Positions 17,303 through 28,760 are shown, counted from the stretch's first letter. The stretch is DNA of 28,877 nt from Limnohabitans sp. (GCA_023260735.1 JALQUL010000262.1:1-28877); one strand, 5' to 3'. Translations and numbers: made by a program. Notes: generated from the letters alone by a model not told the origin.

Positions 17303-19171
17303 TTAAATTTCAACTTTACTACCCATTTCTACCACAGAGTTGCTAGGTAGTTTTAAGAAGTCTGCAGCAGCACTGGCGTTAAGATGCATTTGAGCAAATA
17401 GCTTTTCACGCCATTGTGCCATACCACCACCAATAGTGGGAATTACAGAGTCACGAGAGAGGAAATAGCTGGTGCTCATTTCGTCAATTTCAAATTCTAA
17501 TTCGCGTAACTGCCTGATTGCACTGGGTACATCGGGGTCATTTTTAAAACCATAATGCAACTCGACTTGCCAGCAATGGTTGCCAAGCGTTTCTGTTTTG
17601 ATACGTTTTTCTAGATTAATCCAGGGCGTTTCATGGCTGACAACGGTAATGAATAGATTTTTTTCGTGTAGCACTTTATTGTGCTTTAGGTTGTGCAATA
17701 GGGCGCTAGGAACAGTGCCTTTTTCAGCACTTAAAAATATAGCGGTTCCATCGACACGAGTAGGCGGATGTACAAACACCATATCTAAGAAGTCTTTTAA
17801 GTTCATGGAGTGATCTCTTTGCGATTGAGCCAATAAGGCTCTGCCATCTCGCCATGTCATCATCATGATAAATATGAGCCCACCAATTGCTAATGGGAAC
17901 CAACCACCCGCAAAAAACTTGAGTAAGTTAGAGGCGAAAAAGGCTAGATCGATAATGAAGAAAATAGAAGTGGAGGCCATACATAGCCATAATGGGTATT
18001 TCCATGCATAACGAACCACAAAGAAAGTTAGTATGGTGGTGATGAGCATATCAGTGCACACTGCAATACCATAAGCGGCTGCTAAAGCACTTGAAGACCG
18101 GAACAAGGCCACCGCTAAAACAATGGCAACAAATAAGCCCCAATTGACTACCGGAATGTAAATTTGACCGGTTTCTTTGATGCTGGTGTGAATGATATTG
18201 AGGCGTGGTAAAAAGCCAAGTTGTATAACCTGTTTAGTAACGCTAAAAGCACCGGTAATGAGAGCTTGTGAAGCAATTACAGTGGCACAAGTAGCAAGTA
18301 CCACAAGTGGCACTAAAGCCCAACTAGGAGCCATTAAATAAAATGGGTTTTTAACTGCCCCTGGGTTGGCTAATAACAAAGCCCCTTGTCCAAAATAGTT
18401 AATGACTAAGGCGGGCATGACTACAAAAAACCAAGCTAATCGAATAGGCTTTTTACCAAAATGACCTAAATCGGCATATAGGGCTTCTGCTCCAGTGACG
18501 CACAATACTACCGCTCCTAAAATGATAAAAGTGGTAGAGGGGTTTTCCCAAATAAAACGCGCTGCATAAATAGGGTTAAGTGCCCATAAAATGACTGGAT
18601 TTTGCACAATATGTGACAAACCCAAAATAGTGAGTACTAAAAACCAAACCAAGGTGATGGGACCAAATAATTTACCAATACCACCAGTGCCTCGTTTTTG
18701 ACTGGCAAATAACACCATCAAAATAGTGAGTGTTAATGGCATGACCCACGCTTTAAAATTGGGTGAAACTACCTCAAGACCTTCTACTGCCGATAAGACT
18801 GAAATAGCGGGGGTAATGACCCCATCGCCGTAAAATAAGCAGGTACCAAAAATACCAATTATCAACAACCATTGTCGTAGTTGTGGCTTATCTTTGACAG
18901 CCTGAGAGGCCAGTGCCAGCATGGCAACTAAACCACCCTCACCTTTGTTGTCAGCGCGTAAAACCAAAACCACATATTTAATTGAGACAATGGCAGTTAT
19001 GGTCCAAAAAAACAAAGACAAAATACCGTAGATATTGTCTTGGGTAAATGGCACATGGCCTGAGTTAAATACCTCTTTAAGAGCATATAAAACACTGGTT
19101 CCGATGTCGCCATAGACAACACCAACGGCAGCCACCACAAGGGCTAAGGATGAGCTTTTAGATTGAGACAC
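17303..19171 (-). CDS. kup: KUP/HAK/KT potassium uptake protein
   Basis: [79 protein letters not shown]. About 12 TM segments; GTG start. Confidence 0.97.
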   Translation of the reverse strand: MSQSKSSSLALVVAAVGVVYGDIGTSVLYALKEVFNSGHVPFTQDNIYGILSLFFWTITAIVSIKYVVLVLRADNKGEGGLVAMLALASQAVKDKPQLRQWLLIIGIFGTCLFYGDGVITPAISVLSAVEGLEVVSPNFKAWVMPLTLTILMVLFASQKRGTGGIGKLFGPITLVWFLVLTILGLSHIVQNPVILWALNPIYAARFIWENPSTTFIILGAVVLCVTGAEALYADLGHFGKKPIRLAWFFVVMPALVINYFGQGALLLANPGAVKNPFYLMAPSWALVPLVVLATCATVIASQALITGAFSVTKQVIQLGFLPRLNIIHTSIKETGQIYIPVVNWGLFVAIVLAVALFRSSSALAAAYGIAVCTDMLITTILTFFVVRYAWKYPLWLCMASTSIFFIIDLAFFASNLLKFFAGGWFPLAIGGLIFIMMMTWRDGRALLAQSQRDHSMNLKDFLDMVFVHPPTRVDGTAIFLSAEKGTVPSALLHNLKHNKVLHEKNLFITVVSHETPWINLEKRIKTETLGNHCWQVELHYGFKNDPDVPSAIRQLRELEFEIDEMSTSYFLSRDSVIPTIGGGMAQWREKLFAQMHLNASAAADFLKLPSNSVVEMGSKVEI

Positions 19172-19436
19172 GTGTGTAGCGTAAAGTGATTAACTTAGTG
19201 AAAATTTTATTTCAAAATTAAATGGTTGAAATTGAATTATTGAAACAAAAATAAGGCATATTGGGTTAATCAATTGAAGCGCAGTTATTAAACAGACTTA
19301 AATTGTGCACCCGCAATGCGCAGCTTGTATCGGTATTGCAAAATATATTTACTTCAACTAAATATGTTGCAGTGCAACAACTATTAAATTCTACAATATT
19401 AATAGCAATAAATCTTTAAAAATCAAGAAAATTGTT

Positions 19437-20720
19437 TTATTCAAAATCTTCGCCTTGTGGGTCAGAGTCTTCAAGTTCATAGCTACCTGCTAGCATAGCC
19501 AATCGTGCTATTACCCCATACATATAAAATCGATTAGGGGAGTGTTCTCCAGGGGCCTCACCTAAGCGTGGTAAGTGAGCTTGAGGTGCAAAAGCCAGTG
19601 GTACAAAATGTGAGCCAGGTGCCGCCAACCCTTCATCGTCTCGTAGCTGCGCATGAACACGGTAGTAACCACCCACCACATATCGGTCAATCATGTGTAC
19701 GACAGGTTCAGCCACCACATCGTTAATTCGCTCGTGGGTACGTATGCCTTCTTGCAAAATCAGCTCACCTTTAAATGGAGTGGCTTGATTGCTATTGGGA
19801 ATTAAATGTAGATTTTTTAAATCTTTAGTGTCTCTAAGGGTTAAAAAGCCTCTTGCTTCGGGGCCTTGATTTGCTTTGACCACAATAAAAGGTTTTTCAT
19901 CTATGCTGTATTCACGGTATTTGCGGCGAATTTTTTGTAATAAGGCATCGACATGACCTTCTAGTGCGTCACAGTCGGCATTTTTACTTAAATCAAGTTC
20001 ACCACAAAAACTATAAAGTGGATTAATCAACCAAGGGTCAATATTAAGAAGTTTGGCGAGACGTTTGCTTAACTCATCGTAGGCCTCATAGTGCTTGTTA
20101 CGGCGTCTTAAGGCCCAGCTAGCATGTAGAGGAGGCAATAGGTATTGCTCGTGTAAGTCTTCTAAAATGCCCGGAATACCTTGACTTAAGTCGTGGTTCA
20201 ATAAAATAGTGCATGGATCGAAGTCTTTGAGCAACAAACGATGTTTGGTTCTTTGTACCGGTTCAATAGTGAGTTGCCGACCATTTTGCAAGGTAAAGTG
20301 TTGAGTTTTTTCAATGGCGGGGTCAATTGAACCCAATTTGATATTCAATCCGGCCATATTAAAAATTCGCATGAGTTGATCAAGGCCATTTAAATAAAAT
20401 GAATTATTTAAACGGTGATCATGAATCAATAACAAATTTCGTGCTTCAGGACAAATTTTCTCGATGGCGGCCATCGCACTTTGTACTGCTAAAGGCATCA
20501 TGTCAGGCGCTAGGCATGACCAAGCACCTGGGAAAAAATCAAGATCTACGGGAGACAATTTAAAACCAGAATTGCGAATGTCAACTGCACTATAGAAGGG
20601 CGGAGTGTGCTCCATCCATTCCAATCTAAACCAACGCTCAATGGCTGGCATAGAATCTAGAACACGCTGTTCAAGGTCGTCAATTGGCCCACTTAAGGCA
20701 GTAACAAGATGAGGAACCAT
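19437..20720 (-). CDS. gshA: Glutamate--cysteine ligase GshA (divergent betaproteobacterial ATP-grasp type); many conserved motifs appear substituted
   Basis: MVPHLVTAL, IERWFRLEW, TPPFY.AVDIRN.GFKL.PVD, DPWLINP, KIRRKY.EY, QEG, AEPVV, RFYMYGVIARLA. Clustered with kup and gshB. Confidence 0.88.
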   Translation of the reverse strand: MVPHLVTALSGPIDDLEQRVLDSMPAIERWFRLEWMEHTPPFYSAVDIRNSGFKLSPVDLDFFPGAWSCLAPDMMPLAVQSAMAAIEKICPEARNLLLIHDHRLNNSFYLNGLDQLMRIFNMAGLNIKLGSIDPAIEKTQHFTLQNGRQLTIEPVQRTKHRLLLKDFDPCTILLNHDLSQGIPGILEDLHEQYLLPPLHASWALRRRNKHYEAYDELSKRLAKLLNIDPWLINPLYSFCGELDLSKNADCDALEGHVDALLQKIRRKYREYSIDEKPFIVVKANQGPEARGFLTLRDTKDLKNLHLIPNSNQATPFKGELILQEGIRTHERINDVVAEPVVHMIDRYVVGGYYRVHAQLRDDEGLAAPGSHFVPLAFAPQAHLPRLGEAPGEHSPNRFYMYGVIARLAMLAGSYELEDSDPQGEDFE

Positions 20721-20827
20721 AAAAATGAGTCTGGTTGAGTTGCCTTATCTTAAAGACAAGGCATGAATTCAAAAATGGTCTTAAGGCTTGGTATTGACAT
20801 TGCTATGGCAAGATCAAATTGGGGCAC

Positions 20828-22108
20828 TTAAGTTCGGATTTCGCCTTGTCCCATGACGATGTATTTTAATGAAGTGAGTCCCTCTATACCCACAGGGCCA
20901 CGGGCATGGAATTTATCGGTGCTAATACCAATTTCGGCACCAAGACCATATTCAAAACCATCGGCAAAGCGAGTGCTGGTGTTGACCATAACGCTAGCCG
21001 AATCGACTTCTGTTAAGAAGCGTTGTGCATGACTGTGGTTTTGAGTAATGATGGCATCGGTGTGATGACTCGAATAATGGTTGATGTGATGAATCGCCTC
21101 GTCTAAACTTTGCACCACTTTAATACTAATAATGGGTGCTAGATATTCTTCAAACCAATCTTTTTCTTGAGCATTGATGAGTTTGATATAAGGAATTTGT
21201 GACAATACCGCCTTGGCTTTTGGGCAGACTCTCATTTCTACTTCTTTGGCCATGAATATTTTGCCAATAAGAGGTAAAAATTGGGCTGCTACGCTTTGGT
21301 TCACCAACAGACTTTCGGTGGCATTGCAAGGGCTATATTTTTGAGTTTTAGCGTTGTCTACTACTTTGACTGCCATGGCTAAATCGGCGGTGTCATCGAC
21401 ATACACGTGGCAATTTCCATCTAGGTGTTTAATCACCGGCACTTTGGCTTCTGCGCTAATGCGCTCAATTAAACCCTTGCCACCCCTTGGAATAATAACA
21501 TCGACGAATTGTGGCATGGTAATGAGTGCACCTACTGCCGCTCTATCGGTGGTAGGAATCAGTTGAACAGCGTTGCTAGGCAAGCCCACATCTTTTAAAG
21601 CTTGTTGCACTAATAAGGCCAGCGCTTGATTGGAGTGAATGGCTTCAGAGCCACCTCGTAATATACAGGCATTGGCACTTTTAATAGATAGGCTAGCCGC
21701 TTCAATGGTTACATTGGGACGTGACTCGTAAATCATGCCAAACACACCAATAGGCACTCGCATTTGACCCACTCTAATACCACTGGGTACTTGGCGCATA
21801 CCCTTTACTTCACCAATAATATCGGGCATATGTGCTAATTGTTCACAACCTTGAGCGACGGTCTCAAGAGCGCTGGCGCTTAACTTTAATCGATCTAGCA
21901 TAGGGCCAGTTAAACCGGCCGCTTGTGCTTTAGCTAAATCTTTGTTGTTTTCGTTGCTTAATGAACCTAAGTTTTCTCGTAGCAGGTGAGCTAAGCGGAG
22001 TAGGGCTCGTGAGCGCAGGTTAGCAGAGGATTTGGCCATTAAAGCCGAAGCCTGACGTGCTTGTTGACCCATTTGGGTCATTAATTCGGCAACTGCAGAG
22101 GTAGTCAT
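20828..22108 (-). CDS. proA: Gamma-glutamyl phosphate reductase
   Basis: [37 protein letters not shown], catalytic [33 protein letters not shown]. Confidence 0.97.
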   Translation of the reverse strand: MTTSAVAELMTQMGQQARQASALMAKSSANLRSRALLRLAHLLRENLGSLSNENNKDLAKAQAAGLTGPMLDRLKLSASALETVAQGCEQLAHMPDIIGEVKGMRQVPSGIRVGQMRVPIGVFGMIYESRPNVTIEAASLSIKSANACILRGGSEAIHSNQALALLVQQALKDVGLPSNAVQLIPTTDRAAVGALITMPQFVDVIIPRGGKGLIERISAEAKVPVIKHLDGNCHVYVDDTADLAMAVKVVDNAKTQKYSPCNATESLLVNQSVAAQFLPLIGKIFMAKEVEMRVCPKAKAVLSQIPYIKLINAQEKDWFEEYLAPIISIKVVQSLDEAIHHINHYSSHHTDAIITQNHSHAQRFLTEVDSASVMVNTSTRFADGFEYGLGAEIGISTDKFHARGPVGIEGLTSLKYIVMGQGEIRT

Positions 22109-22146
22109 GGGTAATACTTAAAAAGATTAATCAAAAACGAAATGCA

Positions 22147-23184
22147 TTATTTGGCAAGACTTCTCACCCAGTGCAATATAGCGGACCAAGGGTCAACTGG
22201 CCATTCGGGGTGAGGAAGTCCTTTAATAATGCCATCTAAAATATGGGCGGCTTGTAAGCTATGGCGTAGTTGTTCTAGGCTCCATTTGGGAATTACCTGT
22301 TGAAATAAGCGTTCTTTGGGACCCCAAACGCGCTCTTCTTTGAATACAACAGGCAAAGCTTTCCCTTTTTGCACACCTAGCTGAATACGATATAAAGCTC
22401 TTAAGTCTTCACTTAAAGTATAGTGCACTAAGACCGGCGCTACACCTTCTGAATGTAAACCCTCTAACATTCTATGAGCTTTTTCGAGCTGTCCTGACCA
22501 AACGGATTGACCTAATTTAAATACATCATAACGAGCTACATCGGTGACAGCACGTTCTAGGTTTTCAAGGCTAATAATCCCTTTTGGATAAAGTAAACTG
22601 AGTTTTTGAACTTCCTGATAGGCCGCTAATAAATTGCCCTCGACTCTTTGGGTGAGTAGTTGGATAGCTTGTTTACCTTCATCACCTTGGGGTAGTTGTT
22701 GCTGATTAACTGCAAGTCGATCGGTGATCCACTTGCCCATTTGAGCTACTTCAATATTTTGTACGGTTAAAACTACTCCAGTTTGCTCAAGCGCAGAAAA
22801 CCAACCTGATTGTTGGCTGGCTCTGTCTAGACTGGGCAGCACCACAATAAATAAAGTGCTGTCTTGCCCAGCTGCTAAATGCGCCATATTTTGTAAGTGG
22901 GCTGAGCCATCTTTGCCTGGTTTTCCACTTGGGATATGGATTTCTACTATTTGTTTATCTGCAAATAAACTTAAAGAGCCTGCTGCCTGTAAAACAGGTG
23001 ACCAATCAAAATGTGCACCTAAAGCAGTAAAAGTATGACGCTCTGTGTAATCTTTTTGGCGTGCCGCTTGCCTTAGCTCATCTAGGGCTTCTTGCACTAA
23101 AAGAATTTCGTCACCAGTAATGACATAAAGAGGTGCAAGTAGCTTTTGAATATGAACTGTCCATTGGGATAAAGACAACTGCAT
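22147..23184 (-). CDS. holA: DNA polymerase III delta subunit
   Basis: LYVITGDE.LLVQEA, SLSLFADKQ, KPGK, RVEGNLLAAYQEVQKL, VARYDVF. Start placed at MQL (23184); the ORF track start at 23217 is a less likely TTG. Located in the leuS-lptE-holA context. Confidence 0.93.
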   Translation of the reverse strand: MQLSLSQWTVHIQKLLAPLYVITGDEILLVQEALDELRQAARQKDYTERHTFTALGAHFDWSPVLQAAGSLSLFADKQIVEIHIPSGKPGKDGSAHLQNMAHLAAGQDSTLFIVVLPSLDRASQQSGWFSALEQTGVVLTVQNIEVAQMGKWITDRLAVNQQQLPQGDEGKQAIQLLTQRVEGNLLAAYQEVQKLSLLYPKGIISLENLERAVTDVARYDVFKLGQSVWSGQLEKAHRMLEGLHSEGVAPVLVHYTLSEDLRALYRIQLGVQKGKALPVVFKEERVWGPKERLFQQVIPKWSLEQLRHSLQAAHILDGIIKGLPHPEWPVDPWSAILHWVRSLAK

Positions 23185-23284
23185 AATATAAAGAAAAATT
23201 TTAGAACCAATATTCAATTGAAAACCGAATATTGGTGGTAATGAGTGAGGTCAAGGCTAACTCAACAAAGTAGATTGAGACAAT

Positions 23285-23312
23285 AAAAATAGGGGCTTAC
23301 GCCCCTGTATTT
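23285..23312 (-). terminator. Probable intrinsic terminator after lptE
   Basis: Minus strand AGGGGC-gtaa-GCCCCT followed by ATTTTT. Confidence 0.65.
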
Positions 23313-23317
23313 GATGA

Positions 23318-23845
23318 TTAAACCGCTGAGTTGAGGGATTTAATAGAGGAAAGTCTGCGCAATAATTGTTGCACCATATCGTCCTCAAGGTCGCGGTAAA
23401 GTAAGGCTTCTTCGTCTAGTTTACCTAGTGCCTGAGTTTCGCTGTAACTAAAGTCACGCTGTGCCACAATTTGAGTTTCTGGTACTACTATTTTACCGGC
23501 AGCATTTTTAACATTGTAAACCACCCTAAAACGCAGTTGAAACTCGCTGATTTGACCAGATGAGTTCAAAGCAGTGATTGATTTTTCACGGCGCTCTGAA
23601 AGCATAGTTAAAACAGCTTCGTTGTCGCTTGAGCCTTCGACAAATGCTTGATTTATTAATACTTTAACTTTGTTATCAGAGTCTAAACTGGCTTTTAGGG
23701 CACGAGAAACCACCGAGCCAGTTTCTGACAAAATTAAAATACTTTTAAAAGCAAAGTCAAAGGAGCCCCTTAGTCTAAAGCCACAAGAGCTGACTGCTAA
23801 ACTACCTAAGGCAAGTGCCATTAAAGAAAAACTGCGTCTTTTCAT
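23318..23845 (-). CDS. lptE: LPS assembly lipoprotein LptE
   Basis: Lipobox VSS-C followed by GFRLRG; RDFSYSE..ALGK..EE.LL..D..DD...QLLRRL. 4-bp ATGA overlap with leuS. Confidence 0.93.
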   Translation of the reverse strand: MKRRSFSLMALALGSLAVSSCGFRLRGSFDFAFKSILILSETGSVVSRALKASLDSDNKVKVLINQAFVEGSSDNEAVLTMLSERREKSITALNSSGQISEFQLRFRVVYNVKNAAGKIVVPETQIVAQRDFSYSETQALGKLDEEALLYRDLEDDMVQQLLRRLSSIKSLNSAV

Positions 23846-26502
23846 GCTATTACCACATTGACTAAGCGTCCAGGGACGACAATAACTTTTTTAACAGAGG
23901 CGCCAGTGAGCAATTTTTGTACTGCTTCTGAGGCAACTGCCACCTTTTCGATTTCATCTTTTGGCATGCTGCTAGGAACTAAAATAGATCCTCTCAATTT
24001 GCCGTTGACTTGAAGCATGAGTTCGAGTTCATCTCGAACTAAAGCAGATTCATCTACCTTAGGCCATGCAGTGTCTAATATATCACCATGCAATGCACTA
24101 TAGCCAACATCTTGCCATAAAGTATGGGCCAAATGTGGGGCAACAGGGTAAACACAGCGAATTAAAATACTCACACCCTCCGCCAAGCTGGCTTCATCGC
24201 CTACGCTACCGTCTGAATTAAACGATTCGAGGGTGTTGAGCATTTTCATGGTGCCAGACACCACCGTGTTGTATTGCATACGTTGGAAGTCGTAATCGAC
24301 TTGGCGTAACAAATTATGCATTTCCAAACGAAGAGTTTTAGCCGCTTTGCTTAAATTTTGATTAGCTACTTGAAGTTGTAAACCACGGCTTAATACAGCT
24401 TGTCTTTGCGCTGCAAACACCCAAATGCGGCGTAAAAAGCGATATGAGCCCTCTACTGCAGCATCATTCCACTCAAGGGTAGCTTCGGGAGGTGCCGTAA
24501 ACATGGTGTAAAGCCTTGCGGTATCGGCACCATATTTTTCAATGAGGTCTTGGGGGTCAACACCATTGTTTTTGCTTTTACTCATGGTACCAACGCCTTG
24601 GTAATCTACCAAAGAGCCATCAACCAATCGTTTGGCACCAATTACTTTACCAGCTTCATCTTGAATATTTTCTACTTCGTGAGGCCAGAAATATTCGATT
24701 GCACCTTTATCGGTTTTACGTGAATAGATATGGTTAAGCACCATGCCTTGAGTGAGCAATTTAGAAAAAGGCTCATCTACCTTAATAAGGTCAAGGTCAC
24801 GCATGACTTTAGTCCAGAAACGGGCATATAACAAATGCAAAATAGCATGTTCAATACCACCAATGTATTGATCCATTGGCATCCAATAGTTGGCACCATC
24901 GGCAACCATTGCATCATTGTTGTGTGGATCACAATAACGCATGAAGTACCAAGATGAATCGACAAAGGTATCCATGGTGTCGGTTTCACGGCGAGCTACT
25001 TTACCGCAAATCGGGCAGGTAACGCCGTGATGGAAGGCTTCTGATTTGATCAGTGGGTTAGCCGCGCCATCTGGAACCAAATCTTGTGGTAATACCACTG
25101 GCAAATCTTTTTCTGGCACAGGAACTGCACCATGTTCTTCGCAATGAATAATTGGAATAGGAGTACCCCAATAACGTTGGCGACTCACACCCCAGTCACG
25201 TAACCGCCAAGTGGTTTTTTTCTCGCCAATTTGTTGATCTTGTAAGGTTTTGGCGACGGCTTCAAAACACTCTTTAAAAGCAAGGCCGTCATAAACACCA
25301 GAATTCACTGCAAAACCATTGCCTTTTTCAGCATACCAGTCTTGCCATTGTTGGTCGTTAAAAACCAAATCTAGGCCTTTGTTATCTTTAACCCCCACTA
25401 CCTGTTTGCGTTCAATTTTGTATTTGGTGGCAAATTCCCAATCACGTGCATCGTGAGCAGGGACACCCATTACCGCGCCATCGCCGTATGACATTAACAC
25501 ATAATTACCAACCCAAACTGGAATAGCCAAGCCAGTAATAGGGTGGGTCACAGAAAGGCCAGTAAACATACCAACTTTTTCTTTGATAGCCATTTCTGCT
25601 TCAGTGGTGCCACCTTTTTGGCATTCTTGAATAAAGCCCACTAATTCTGGATTGTTTTGTGCGGCAACCGTAGCAATTGGATGCTCTGGTGCAACTGCAC
25701 AGAATGTAACGCCCATAATAGTGTCGGGGCGAGTGGTGAACACGTACATTTTGCCTTGGTCAATTAACTCACCATTGTTAGCTTTAATGTCGTGTGAAAA
25801 AGCAAAGCGTACACCTTCACTTTTACCAATCCAGTTTTCTTGCATGAGGCGAACGCGTTCAGGCCAACCTGGCAATTGATCTTGCACATGGCCTAATAAT
25901 TCTTCTGCGTAATCGGTGATTTTGAGGTAATAACCTGGAATTTCACGCTTTTCGACTACCGCACCAGTACGCCAGCCTTTGCCATCAATGACTTGTTCAT
26001 TAGCCAAAACAGTTTGATCGACTGGGTCCCAGTTCACTACCTGCGTTTTACGATAAGCCACGCCTTTTTCAAGCATTTTTAAGAACAACCATTGATTCCA
26101 CTTGTAATAAGCGGGGTCACAGGTAGCCACTTCACGGCTCCAGTCAATAGCAAGGCCCATAGCTTGCATTTGTTTTTTCATATAGGCGATATTGTCGTAA
26201 GTCCATTTGGCAGGAGGCACGCCATTTTTAATCGCGGCATTTTCGGCTGGCAAACCAAAAGCATCCCAACCCATAGGCATAAGCACGTTATAACCCTTCA
26301 TGCGTAAACTACGAGTTAACATGTCGTTGATGGTGTAGTTACGCACATGGCCCATATGCAACTTACCGCTTGGATAAGGCAACATAGAACAAGCATAAAA
26401 TTTTTCACGACTGGTGTCTTCAGTTACGCGATAAGCGTCTTTAGAGTCCCAGTATTGTTGCGCAGCGCGCTCGATTTCGGTGTGTTGGTAATTTTCTTGC
26501 AT
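23842..26502 (-). CDS. leuS: Leucine--tRNA ligase
   Basis: [13 protein letters not shown] (HIGH), [78 protein letters not shown]. Confidence 0.98.
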   Translation of the reverse strand: MQENYQHTEIERAAQQYWDSKDAYRVTEDTSREKFYACSMLPYPSGKLHMGHVRNYTINDMLTRSLRMKGYNVLMPMGWDAFGLPAENAAIKNGVPPAKWTYDNIAYMKKQMQAMGLAIDWSREVATCDPAYYKWNQWLFLKMLEKGVAYRKTQVVNWDPVDQTVLANEQVIDGKGWRTGAVVEKREIPGYYLKITDYAEELLGHVQDQLPGWPERVRLMQENWIGKSEGVRFAFSHDIKANNGELIDQGKMYVFTTRPDTIMGVTFCAVAPEHPIATVAAQNNPELVGFIQECQKGGTTEAEMAIKEKVGMFTGLSVTHPITGLAIPVWVGNYVLMSYGDGAVMGVPAHDARDWEFATKYKIERKQVVGVKDNKGLDLVFNDQQWQDWYAEKGNGFAVNSGVYDGLAFKECFEAVAKTLQDQQIGEKKTTWRLRDWGVSRQRYWGTPIPIIHCEEHGAVPVPEKDLPVVLPQDLVPDGAANPLIKSEAFHHGVTCPICGKVARRETDTMDTFVDSSWYFMRYCDPHNNDAMVADGANYWMPMDQYIGGIEHAILHLLYARFWTKVMRDLDLIKVDEPFSKLLTQGMVLNHIYSRKTDKGAIEYFWPHEVENIQDEAGKVIGAKRLVDGSLVDYQGVGTMSKSKNNGVDPQDLIEKYGADTARLYTMFTAPPEATLEWNDAAVEGSYRFLRRIWVFAAQRQAVLSRGLQLQVANQNLSKAAKTLRLEMHNLLRQVDYDFQRMQYNTVVSGTMKMLNTLESFNSDGSVGDEASLAEGVSILIRCVYPVAPHLAHTLWQDVGYSALHGDILDTAWPKVDESALVRDELELMLQVNGKLRGSILVPSSMPKDEIEKVAVASEAVQKLLTGASVKKVIVVPGRLVNVVIA

Positions 26503-26596
26503 GTCGAATTAAAGATGCGGTCAGGGCACCGCTTGATAGGTTGATTTTAAGAGGCTTTTAACTAGATCGAAGATAAGTTCTAGTTTTAAGCTAATT

Positions 26597-27040
26597 TTAT
26601 GGTTTTGTAGGCGGATTAAGCGGGCTTGTTATAGATTGAGTTACAAAACCAATTCGACTCAGTTTGGTTTTTTGCGCTAGCGCTAATAATTCTGCTACTT
26701 TTCCATAAGGCACAGTTTGATCGGCAGCTATCTGGACTTCAGTTTGAGTGTTTTTTAGATAAGCTTCATTAAACTTGGTTTCAAGCGCCGCAAGGTCAAT
26801 GGGCTGGTCGTTGAGGTGAACAACACCATTGGCTTGAATACCCACCTTTAAAGGCTCAAAGGCAGGAATAGCTTTGCTTGTTTCTACTTTGGGTAGGTCC
26901 ATTTTTAGCCGGCTCGCCATCAACGGGGCAGTCACAATTAAGATGACCACCAATACTAACATCACATCTACTAAAGGTGTGACATTAATATCATTAAAGG
27001 GCGTTTGACCCGATTGGCTTGGAAACTTACCGAAGCTCAT
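26597..27040 (-). CDS. exbD: ExbD/TolR family biopolymer transport protein
   Basis: INVTPLVDVMLVLVVILIVTAP (TM Asp), AAD..VPYG.V. Confidence 0.9.
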   Translation of the reverse strand: MSFGKFPSQSGQTPFNDINVTPLVDVMLVLVVILIVTAPLMASRLKMDLPKVETSKAIPAFEPLKVGIQANGVVHLNDQPIDLAALETKFNEAYLKNTQTEVQIAADQTVPYGKVAELLALAQKTKLSRIGFVTQSITSPLNPPTKP

Positions 27041-27074
27041 AAATAAATTGAAAGAAGGTTAATTAGAAAAATAG

Positions 27075-27710
27075 TTAACTATTTTTTTCTAGGATAGAGC
27101 GCAAGTCGTATGTGAAACCTTGTAGAGCCTCAGAAATTTGACCAATTTGCCTACCAAAAATATTATAGGCGAGTACCGCTGGCAGTGCTACTGCCAAACC
27201 CGCCGCAGTCATAATGAGTGCCTCACCTACTGGGCCAGATACTTGGTCTAGGGTTAATGCGCCCACGCCAGCCATACCCACTAAAGCGTGATAAATACCC
27301 CATACTGTACCTAACAAACCAACAAATGGTGAAATAGAGCCGACAGTCGCTAGTGCCACTTGGCCCCATTCAAAAGGTTTTAAGCACACTTGTAAACTAT
27401 CGCGCAAAACTCGGGTAACTCTTGCCTCTACAGGGAGTTCAAGGCTAAGGCGATCGGGAGTGGTGTTTTTTACTGTATCAAGTAAAGGATTTAAAAAGCC
27501 TTTTTTGTCAAAGGCCACACTAGCCTGGCAAGCTGATTCTAGATCGGGCGCTTGCCAAAAGGCTGCAATGGCTTGAGGGATTTGTTTTTTGGCTTGAATT
27601 AATAACCAAGATTTAACAATAATAACCACCCAAGAAGTAATTGACATTAGCAATAAAACTAAAGCAACTGTGATACTAACAAAGTCAGCATTTTCAATAA
27701 AGTGGTTCAT
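27075..27710 (-). CDS. exbB: MotA/TolQ/ExbB proton channel family protein
   Basis: Three TM segments; LATVGSISPFVGLLGTVWGIYHAL, GEALIMTAAGLAVALPAVLAYN. Confidence 0.9.
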   Translation of the reverse strand: MNHFIENADFVSITVALVLLLMSITSWVVIIVKSWLLIQAKKQIPQAIAAFWQAPDLESACQASVAFDKKGFLNPLLDTVKNTTPDRLSLELPVEARVTRVLRDSLQVCLKPFEWGQVALATVGSISPFVGLLGTVWGIYHALVGMAGVGALTLDQVSGPVGEALIMTAAGLAVALPAVLAYNIFGRQIGQISEALQGFTYDLRSILEKNS

Positions 27711-27746
27711 AGGAATGAAAGTTAAGTCAAACTGGCATTAAAGATA

Positions 27747-27800
27747 GAGATTAATTATTATTGCAAATTTGATGATAAAAGAAAACTAATTTTGATTCAA
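27747..27800 (-). promoter_or_regulatory. Candidate sigma70 promoter of exbBD with a Fur-box-like sequence near +1
   Basis: TTGAAT (27800-27795)-N17-TATCAT (27777-27772); then TGCAATAATAATTAATCTC (27765-27747), 12/19 matches to GATAATGATAATCATTATC. Confidence 0.45.
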
Positions 27801-27846
27801 GTAACTGAACTGAATTCAGTTGTCATGTGGTTTTTACTTGCTCAAC

Positions 27847-28671
27847 TCAGCGTAGTTCTAAAACATCAAACATATCAAATAAGCCACTAGGATGTTGATT
27901 TAAAAATCGACATGCTTTTAAACTTCCTTGAGCGTAAGATTCACGACTTGAGGCTTTGTGAGTAATTTCAATACGTTCGCCCGTACCGGCAAATAAAACT
28001 GTATGGTCACCCACAATATCACCACCCCTAATAGTGGCAAAACCAATAGAGGAAGGATCGCGTTCACCAGTGACACCGTAGCGCTCGAACACGCCACATT
28101 CTTTGAGGTCACGACCTAGCGCTTGTGCTAATACTTCACCCATTTTAAGAGCAGTACCACTTGGTGCATCTATTTTATGACGATGATGAGCTTCAATGAC
28201 CTCAATATCATAACCAGTTGATAATGCTTTTGCAGCCATAGACAACAACTTGAGCATGACGTTAACGCCAACACCCATATTGGGGGCCATTACAATGGCA
28301 GTAGAGGCTGCATATTTTTCGATTAAATTTTTTTCTGTTTCGGAAAAACCAGTAGTGCCAATTACACACTTCACATCTAATTGTTGACACACTTGTAGAT
28401 GATGTAGGGTGCCTTCTGGTCTAGTAAAGTCGATTAAAAACTCGGCATCTTTAAGCCCAATAGCCACATCGGATTGAATTAGCACACCGCTCATATGTCC
28501 CAAAAAACCAGTGGCATCATGGCCAATAAATGGTGAGCTAGCTAAATCAAGGGCTCCCACTAACTGGCAGTCTGGGGCTTTGTGAATTGCTTCAATTAAC
28601 ATGCGGCCCATGCGACCTGAAGCACCTGCTACTGCAATTTTAAGGGGCGCATTAGAGATGTGGAGTGTCAT
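27847..28671 (-). CDS. dapB: 4-hydroxy-tetrahydrodipicolinate reductase
   Basis: [63 protein letters not shown]. Confidence 0.97.
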   Translation of the reverse strand: MTLHISNAPLKIAVAGASGRMGRMLIEAIHKAPDCQLVGALDLASSPFIGHDATGFLGHMSGVLIQSDVAIGLKDAEFLIDFTRPEGTLHHLQVCQQLDVKCVIGTTGFSETEKNLIEKYAASTAIVMAPNMGVGVNVMLKLLSMAAKALSTGYDIEVIEAHHRHKIDAPSGTALKMGEVLAQALGRDLKECGVFERYGVTGERDPSSIGFATIRGGDIVGDHTVLFAGTGERIEITHKASSRESYAQGSLKACRFLNQHPSGLFDMFDVLELR

Positions 28672-28760
28672 AAATTTACAATTTTATAAAAACAAAATGC
28701 CAACCCAAGAAAATGCCAAATTCGAGGGAAGGCTTTAGAGTTTGGCAAACAAAAACGAAT

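Noticed and set aside
20741-20763. 10-bp hairpin between proA and gshA
   Set aside because: There is no U-tract on the coding strand and no second copy to call it a REP element; at most a stabilising or processing stem.
23820-23845. Twin-arginine-like KRRSF at the LptE N-terminus
   Set aside because: Basic n-regions are usual in LptE Sec/SPII signals; there is no reason to invoke Tat.
24560-24600. LeuRS TMSKS instead of KMSKS (and HMGH for HIGH elsewhere in the gene)
   Set aside because: These are ordinary variants in betaproteobacterial LeuRS.
2239-28112. The remaining short (60-95 aa) ORFs in the track nested in or antisense to long genes
   Set aside because: They are shadow frames of well-supported housekeeping genes with no domain signatures.
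28694-28719. AAAATGCCAA direct repeat, two copies with 16-bp period, upstream of dapB
   Set aside because: Only two short copies with no spacer series; not CRISPR-like and no functional support.
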